DNA of 20,000 nt from IMG/VR virus record IMGVR_UViG_3300012347_000477, positions 53,742 to 73,741 of that record, one strand, 5' to 3'. The translations under genes and the position numbers were made by a program. Shown piece after piece: positions 14,955 through 20,000 of this stretch. Each line of letters opens with the position of its first letter. Position 1 is the first letter of the stretch. The notes beneath the pieces were generated by a model. It ran no database searches. It had not been told where the DNA came from and saw nothing but the letters and a program-made list of their open reading frames with translations. The DNA is from an uncultured virus (IMG/VR IMGVR_UViG_3300012347_000477). Lineage: Duplodnaviria > Heunggongvirae > Uroviricota > Caudoviricetes.

Positions 14955-15983
14955 ATGAAAATTTTAACAAAACATATGAATAACAATACATATATTATTG
15001 TCGATACTGCTAATACGTTTTTTAGAGCAAGACATGTAATTAACGGTGATGCAGATATTAAGTTAGGTATGGCCTTTCATATCACGCTAAATTCTATTAA
15101 AAAAGCATGGCAAGATTTTAATGGCACACATGTAGTATTTTGCTTAGAAGGTCGTAGTTGGAGGAAAGATCACTATGCTCCTTACAAGAGAAACCGATCC
15201 GAAACTCGTGCAGCACACACCGAAAAAGAAGCCGAAGAAGAAAAAGTATTTTGGGAAGCATTTGATACCTTTAAAGAGTTTGTAACTACAAAAACAAATT
15301 GTACCGTTATGCAACATCCTCAGTTAGAAGCTGATGATTTAATTGCCGGATGGATTCAAAATCATCCATTAGACAATCATATTATTATTTCGACAGATAC
15401 AGACTTTGTACAACTAATCGCCCCTAATGTTAAGCAATATAACGGAGTTTCAGAAGTTACTATTACCCACGAGGGATATTTTGATAAAAAAAATAAACCA
15501 GTAATTGATAACAAAACTAAAGAGATTAAGTTGCCTCCTAGACCTGAATGGTTGTTATTCGAAAAATGCATGCGCGGCGATTCAAGCGATAACGTGTTCA
15601 GTGCATACCCAGGTGTTCGTACTAAAGGTACTAGTAAAAAAGTCGGATTAACAGAAGCATTTGAAGATAGAAATTCTAAAGGTTTTAACTGGAATAATTT
15701 AATGCTACAGCGATGGACTGATCACGAAGGTGTCGAGCATCGTGTACGAGACGACTACGAACGAAATCGTCAATTAATCGACCTGACAGCGCAACCGGAA
15801 GAAATTAAAAAACACATTATCGACACCATAACAACAGCAACGGCTGCTGATAAAAATATTAATCAAGTAGGATTAAGATTAATGAAATTTTGCGGACTGT
15901 ACGATTTAAAGAAAATTGCAGAACAGGCACAAGCATATGCAGAACCATTGAATGCTCGATACAAATTAACAAGTGCAGAATAA
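14955..15983 (+). CDS. rnh: T4-type RNase H / 5'-3' flap exonuclease
   Basis: IIVDTAN, SWRKDHYAPYKRNR, EADDLIA, STDTDFVQL, GDSSDNV (FEN-family acidic motifs). The start may be ATG 14976. Confidence 0.92.
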   Translation: MKILTKHMNNNTYIIVDTANTFFRARHVINGDADIKLGMAFHITLNSIKKAWQDFNGTHVVFCLEGRSWRKDHYAPYKRNRSETRAAHTEKEAEEEKVFWEAFDTFKEFVTTKTNCTVMQHPQLEADDLIAGWIQNHPLDNHIIISTDTDFVQLIAPNVKQYNGVSEVTITHEGYFDKKNKPVIDNKTKEIKLPPRPEWLLFEKCMRGDSSDNVFSAYPGVRTKGTSKKVGLTEAFEDRNSKGFNWNNLMLQRWTDHEGVEHRVRDDYERNRQLIDLTAQPEEIKKHIIDTITTATAADKNINQVGLRLMKFCGLYDLKKIAEQAQAYAEPLNARYKLTSAE

Positions 15984-16461
15984 TATGACAGAAATATATG
16001 CTACTCCTATTATCGATAATAAATTCTGGGTTGTTGAACAAAATGGTGAAAAAGTCGGAACATTGAGAAAAGATGACGAGAATCGATTTGTACTAAGTAA
16101 CGAATTAGGAATTAAAGTATTTGCTAACGAGGCTAGCATTGCTGACCAATTTGGTAATAACTTTTTTGTTGCAAAAATTATTAAAGAAGCTAACTGTAGT
16201 TTAATTAATGAAGTACACGGATTTCCTACAAACGTTCTACCACATAATCCAATGTACGATATTAAGAGACGATTACCACTTTTTACTAAAAGCAACGAGT
16301 CTAAAAGTTTATATTGTGCAGGATATTATATTATTCAATTTGATAAAGGCTGGGTAAAGAGTTTTTGTCCTAAACTTATTACATTGCAAAGATATAAATA
16401 TCAAGGTCCGTACAATACAGAACACGAAATGAAGCAGGAACTTTTTAATGTCACAAAATAA
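15973..16461 (+). CDS. hypothetical phage protein
   Basis: 162-aa ORF (ATG 15985 is a likely start); aromatic-rich C-terminal domain AGYYIIQF...FCPKLITL. Confidence 0.8.
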   Translation: MQNNMTEIYATPIIDNKFWVVEQNGEKVGTLRKDDENRFVLSNELGIKVFANEASIADQFGNNFFVAKIIKEANCSLINEVHGFPTNVLPHNPMYDIKRRLPLFTKSNESKSLYCAGYYIIQFDKGWVKSFCPKLITLQRYKYQGPYNTEHEMKQELFNVTK

Positions 16462-16699
16462 TATTCCAAAATCTATACCTAGCGTTGAGCGATTAATAAA
16501 TAGAATCGCTGTTGCAGAACGAGCACAACAAAAAGATGTTCGAATTACAATCCAAGAAGCAAAAGAGCTAACACAAGATCTTGCTATGCTAACTGTAAAA
16601 ATGGCAAATACTGTAAAAGAAGTACATCAGATGTTAGCAGCCATGCAAGAATCTAATACCAAAGTCGAAGTTAAGTTTGATGGGGGTGGTTTTAATTAA
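16448..16699 (+). CDS. hypothetical helical protein
   Basis: 83 aa; SD AGGA. Confidence 0.75.
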   Translation: MSQNNIPKSIPSVERLINRIAVAERAQQKDVRITIQEAKELTQDLAMLTVKMANTVKEVHQMLAAMQESNTKVEVKFDGGGFN

Positions 16700-16727
16700 C
16701 ATAAATATATACGTGGTTAATTAGGAG
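16690..16727 (+). promoter_or_regulatory. late promoter box (CATAAATA, 16700-16707) within an SD-sequestering hairpin
   Basis: TTTTAATTAAC pairs with GTTAATTAGGA (8 Watson-Crick pairs, 2 G-U, 1 A-U), covering AGGA of the SD for GTG 16736. Confidence 0.6.
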
Positions 16728-16735
16728 CCCGTATT

Positions 16736-17020
16736 GTGAGTAGACCAAAACCAAAAATATTATTAGAATATACAAATAAAGAAACATTTAAAGTTGAACA
16801 AATTTTAGAAAGTGATGCCATATGGGCAGTTTTTTATAAAAATCAACCATTTAATTTAAAAAGCGGTAGTGTTCTTACTAGCTATCCCGGACCGAAATAT
16901 AAAAAAGTTTCATTTTCGAATCCGGGACATGCAAGAAACTTAGCTAAAAAATTAAATAAACTTTTTAAAACTACTGAATTTACAGTAGTTAAACTATATC
17001 AAGGTGACATTATAGTATAA
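16736..17020 (+). CDS. hypothetical basic phage protein
   Basis: 94 aa; GTG start with SD AGGAG; MSRPKPK...PGPKYKKVSFSNPGHA. Confidence 0.8.
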   Translation: MSRPKPKILLEYTNKETFKVEQILESDAIWAVFYKNQPFNLKSGSVLTSYPGPKYKKVSFSNPGHARNLAKKLNKLFKTTEFTVVKLYQGDIIV

Positions 17021-17021
17021 T

Positions 17022-17414
17022 ATGAGTACAAAAGATTCCTTCACTAAACTGTTTTTAAAAGCAGCAAACGAACCAACTGATAAGCAGACCGTTAAAAAGC
17101 ATAGAAATTTATGGTGGTGGAATTTTAGATCAAACACAGATACTGGTTTACGATTAACTGACACAGGTCTAGAATTTATAGAAGAAAAGGCCGATATTCG
17201 AGTTTACAAAATAGAGTTACCACCCGAGCTAATTGTAACTCCTCAAGTATTATTATGGCTTAACCAACAATTAGATAGCCCGTATCATTTAACTAATAAA
17301 CACATAACAGTATTAAAAGAAAAAGCAGCATTTGAAATATATTTGTTTTCTGGAGATATTAGAAAAATGGGATATTCTAAGTCAATAGCTAAACGATTTA
17401 ATTCAGATTTGTAA
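17022..17414 (+). CDS. hypothetical protein
   Basis: 130 aa; abuts the previous stop; GLRLTDTG resembles a winged-helix wing. Confidence 0.75.
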   Translation: MSTKDSFTKLFLKAANEPTDKQTVKKHRNLWWWNFRSNTDTGLRLTDTGLEFIEEKADIRVYKIELPPELIVTPQVLLWLNQQLDSPYHLTNKHITVLKEKAAFEIYLFSGDIRKMGYSKSIAKRFNSDL

Positions 17415-17432
17415 CCTATTATCAACGCACTT

Positions 17433-17440
17433 AATAAATA
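17433..17440 (+). promoter_or_regulatory. T4-like late promoter box (AATAAATA)
   Basis: Intergenic; 4 nt before ATG 17445. Confidence 0.55.
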
Positions 17441-17444
17441 TTTC

Positions 17445-17726
17445 ATGATCGAATATAATCATTTAGATTTAATCGGAGAAAGAGAATTAGAGTGGTTACC
17501 ACCTCATTTCTCAAAATATAATTTTCCACCTGAAGTTGCTTGGTACGAAAGTCTAATTAGACAATGGATCCGAGCAAATACTAAGGGAAGATTTTATATT
17601 TTAAAAATTCCCAAGATTAATCTTGTCGATAACAAATTAGTAAACTTGTTACAACTAGGGTTCGAAACCCATAGTGAAATGACTTATTTTATGTTAGCAT
17701 GCCCACATTTAAGGAAAATACAATGA
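17445..17726 (+). CDS. hypothetical protein
   Basis: 93 aa; ATGA overlap with the next gene. Confidence 0.75.
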   Translation: MIEYNHLDLIGERELEWLPPHFSKYNFPPEVAWYESLIRQWIRANTKGRFYILKIPKINLVDNKLVNLLQLGFETHSEMTYFMLACPHLRKIQ

Positions 17727-17926
17727 CCAACGATAACGCAACCCCCGCACAAGAAAGTACCGCTCAAGAAGGTATCGAATTAAACATCAGCGATTTAGCA
17801 GCTGTTAAATCTATTATTGATGTAGCATCGCAGCGCGGAGCATTCCGCGCTAATGAATTAGAAGCTGTAGGTAAAACTTACAATAAATTATCTAATTTCT
17901 TAGACTCAATTACAAAGAAGGATTAA
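17723..17926 (+). CDS. small hypothetical phage protein
   Basis: Start re-called to ATG 17723 (SD AAGGA); LNISDL...IIDVASQRGAFRANEL..VG..YNKL. Confidence 0.8.
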   Translation: MTNDNATPAQESTAQEGIELNISDLAAVKSIIDVASQRGAFRANELEAVGKTYNKLSNFLDSITKKD

Positions 17927-17927
17927 T

Positions 17928-18578
17928 ATGAAATCACTAAAACACATCGGGCGAATGAAGAATACTGGAACTAAAGTATTAGTTGCATTTCGTACATTAC
18001 CAGGCGAGTCAAATTATGCATTAGTGTTGCCAACAACAACATTGCCCGATCAGTATCACGATGCATTAATCCAATTAGTCGAAAGCGATCAAGCGCAGAA
18101 TACTAACGAATTTGGAGAAATTATGTTTACTAGACATTTTCCAGATGGTCGAAAAATGCTATCTGCAATGCAGCAAGATAATCGCTTCCAAAAAGTGCCA
18201 ACTGATACAGTTATTATGACTCCTACACTTAATGCATCTATTCCGTTAGATCAATTAAATGTATTAATTGCAGAACAGAAAAATATGGGTGTTGACGATT
18301 TAGCATCATTAGTCGCAGGGGGCACTGTAGCTAAGAATAATCGTGCAAAAGAATCTGCGGATAAATCAAGATCGCCAAAGGTCGAAGCGAAAGTCGAAGA
18401 AGTACTTTCTGAAAAAGACTTGGCTAAAAAGTATCGCAGCGATGCCGATGCAATGTATAAAGAAGCTGCTCGACTACGAAAACAAGCCGATGATTTAGAT
18501 CCGCCGCAAAAGAAAGCGGTAAAAGCAAAAGATGTCGAAGACGTCAAAGAAGCTGCTAGTGACCAAATTACTGTTTAA
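17928..18578 (+). CDS. hypothetical protein with charged helical C-terminus
   Basis: 216 aa; SD AAGGA. Confidence 0.8.
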   Translation: MKSLKHIGRMKNTGTKVLVAFRTLPGESNYALVLPTTTLPDQYHDALIQLVESDQAQNTNEFGEIMFTRHFPDGRKMLSAMQQDNRFQKVPTDTVIMTPTLNASIPLDQLNVLIAEQKNMGVDDLASLVAGGTVAKNNRAKESADKSRSPKVEAKVEEVLSEKDLAKKYRSDADAMYKEAARLRKQADDLDPPQKKAVKAKDVEDVKEAASDQITV

Positions 18579-18858
18579 ATTTCCAGATCAGTTAAAAAAC
18601 GAGTGGCCAGAGGTCTTTAAAGACCTCTCTACTGCGTATATGCCAACTGCATTTTTAGTTGCGTTGCGGCTAGAATTTAACAATGGTAGAATATGGGAAA
18701 TCGATGTCGCTGATTATTCAGATGAGTATCCGTCTATATCTGATCTATTACATAGATTGTTTACAGACTATCGATCTGAAATTAAAGATATCAGTGTCAA
18801 CATCAATTTTGATAAACTAAAGGATTATATCGTTAAATCGTGTAATATGATGCTATGA
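18532..18858 (+). CDS. hypothetical protein
   Basis: 108-aa ORF (the start could be GTG 18559); ATGA overlap with the next gene. Confidence 0.65.
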   Translation: MSKTSKKLLVTKLLFKFPDQLKNEWPEVFKDLSTAYMPTAFLVALRLEFNNGRIWEIDVADYSDEYPSISDLLHRLFTDYRSEIKDISVNINFDKLKDYIVKSCNMML

Positions 18859-20000
18859 CAGAACAAAGTTCGTATCAAAGAAAAGTAAATGCTGCTAAAG
18901 AATCTATCAATAATGTTAGTCCTTCTTTTTGTATAGCAAAATGGAAGCAAGTTACTATACACTTGCAAAACGGCCACACTCATAGCTGTCATCATCCCAA
19001 TACACACGTTGTTCCACTTAGCGAAATTCAAAAAAACCCAACAGCTCTACATAATACAGAATTTAAAAAAAGTCAACGTAAGTTAATGCTAGAAGGCAAG
19101 CGACCCGAAGAGTGTAGCTATTGCTGGAAGGCCGAAGATGCCGGAGATCAACTTAGTGATCGAATTTATAAAAGTGCAGAACCTTGGGCATTGCCTAATT
19201 TAGATTCGATTGTTTCGAAATCTTGGGACGATAATGTTGATCCGAGCTATGTTGAAGTAAGCTTTAGCAGTGTGTGTAATTTTAAATGCAGTTATTGCAG
19301 CCCGAGTGTTAGCAGTAAATGGATGGAAGAAATTGTACAGCACGGACCATATCAAACATCTACACAATTCAATAATATACAATGGTTAAAATCTGAAGAG
19401 AAGATGCCAATTCCCGAAAAAGATGATAATCCGTATGTTGATGCATTCTGGAAATGGTGGCCGACAATGTATCCGCAGTTGCAGCATTTTAGAATTACCG
19501 GTGGGGAGCCACTACTTAGCAAACACACATTTAAAGTTTTAGATTACATAATCGAAAATCCTATTCCTAATCCAGAATTACGATTGGGGATTAATACTAA
19601 CTTAAATCCCCCAGACGAATTAATTGATAAATTTATTAAAAAACTACAAATAATTCAAGAAAGGCAACTAGTAAAAGTAATCGATGTATATACTAGTGCA
19701 GAATCACACGGGGATCAAGCAGAGTATATTCGATATGGCATGAATTACGATAAATGGTTATCTAATGTTGATCGAATTATTACAGAAGTTCCTGAGGTCA
19801 GGGTAGGCTTAATGAGTACGTACAATGTACTAAGTATTCCGAAATATAAAATGTTTTTAGAAGATATTTTAAAAATTCGTCGAAAACATAACGAAAAATC
19901 AATTAAGAACGGAAGATCAGTGATTACTGTCGACACCCCTTATTTGCGATATCCCGAACATCAATCTGCATTTATCATTACTGCAGATTTGCTGCCGTAT
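18855..20000 (+). CDS. radical SAM protein with N-terminal twitch/SPASM-like domain (3'-truncated by window edge)
   Basis: Manual translation from ATG 18855 is open to the window end: FCIAKW...HSCHH...ECSYCW, then CNFKCSYC (19275-19298), ITGGEPLL and INTN. Absent from the ORF track because it has no stop. Confidence 0.9.
   Translation, partial: MTEQSSYQRKVNAAKESINNVSPSFCIAKWKQVTIHLQNGHTHSCHHPNTHVVPLSEIQKNPTALHNTEFKKSQRKLMLEGKRPEECSYCWKAEDAGDQLSDRIYKSAEPWALPNLDSIVSKSWDDNVDPSYVEVSFSSVCNFKCSYCSPSVSSKWMEEIVQHGPYQTSTQFNNIQWLKSEEKMPIPEKDDNPYVDAFWKWWPTMYPQLQHFRITGGEPLLSKHTFKVLDYIIENPIPNPELRLGINTNLNPPDELIDKFIKKLQIIQERQLVKVIDVYTSAESHGDQAEYIRYGMNYDKWLSNVDRIITEVPEVRVGLMSTYNVLSIPKYKMFLEDILKIRRKHNEKSIKNGRSVITVDTPYLRYPEHQSAFIITADLLPY

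Noticed and set aside
197..18858. Stop-codon reassignment (no called gene ends in TAG; TGA appears only in ATGA/GTGA overlaps)
   Set aside because: Long conserved genes are intact under code 11 with no in-frame TAG or TGA, and TAA dominance is expected in AT-rich DNA.
626..19936. Minus-strand and nested alternate-frame ORFs in the track (e.g. 626-976, 2425-2739, 5555-5824, 14288-14620, 18251-18547, 18825-19031, 19200-19382, 19745-19936)
   Set aside because: All lie largely or wholly over better-supported + strand genes and read as shadow frames with no recognisable motifs.
1..20000. tRNA, rRNA or mobile-element genes
   Set aside because: Intergenic gaps are short and explained by promoters and terminators; no cloverleaf, transposase, integrase or homing endonuclease was recognised.

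Overview
AT-rich segment of a large T4-like (myovirus/jumbo-type) dsDNA bacteriophage genome. All credible genes are on the + strand in the standard genetic code. Positions 1-3.2 kb hold a block of late-type genes (ATAAATA boxes; basic, low-complexity proteins resembling capsid-internal proteins). Positions 3.3-7.4 kb hold a replication module (T4 DsbA-like dsDNA-binding protein, family B DNA polymerase, probable sliding clamp). Positions 7.7-14.3 kb hold a 7-deazaguanine DNA-modification island: a TGT/DpdA-like transglycosylase (one gene, artificially split by a 10-N gap), a QueD-like T-fold protein with a non-canonical LxxxHRHxF motif, a GT-B glycosyltransferase, FolE, a dCMP-deaminase homologue that has lost its catalytic residues, and a QueE with a split CX3CX39C cluster motif. 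QueC, QueF, ArcS and a canonical QueD are not in the window. The rest contains a T4-type RNase H/flap nuclease, small hypothetical genes and a truncated twitch-domain radical SAM gene. Modules are separated by terminator/sigma70-promoter junctions. The best candidate for a novel system is a clamp-coupled 7-deazaguanine modification pathway that may add a sugar. All product calls come from motif recognition by eye; no searches were run.
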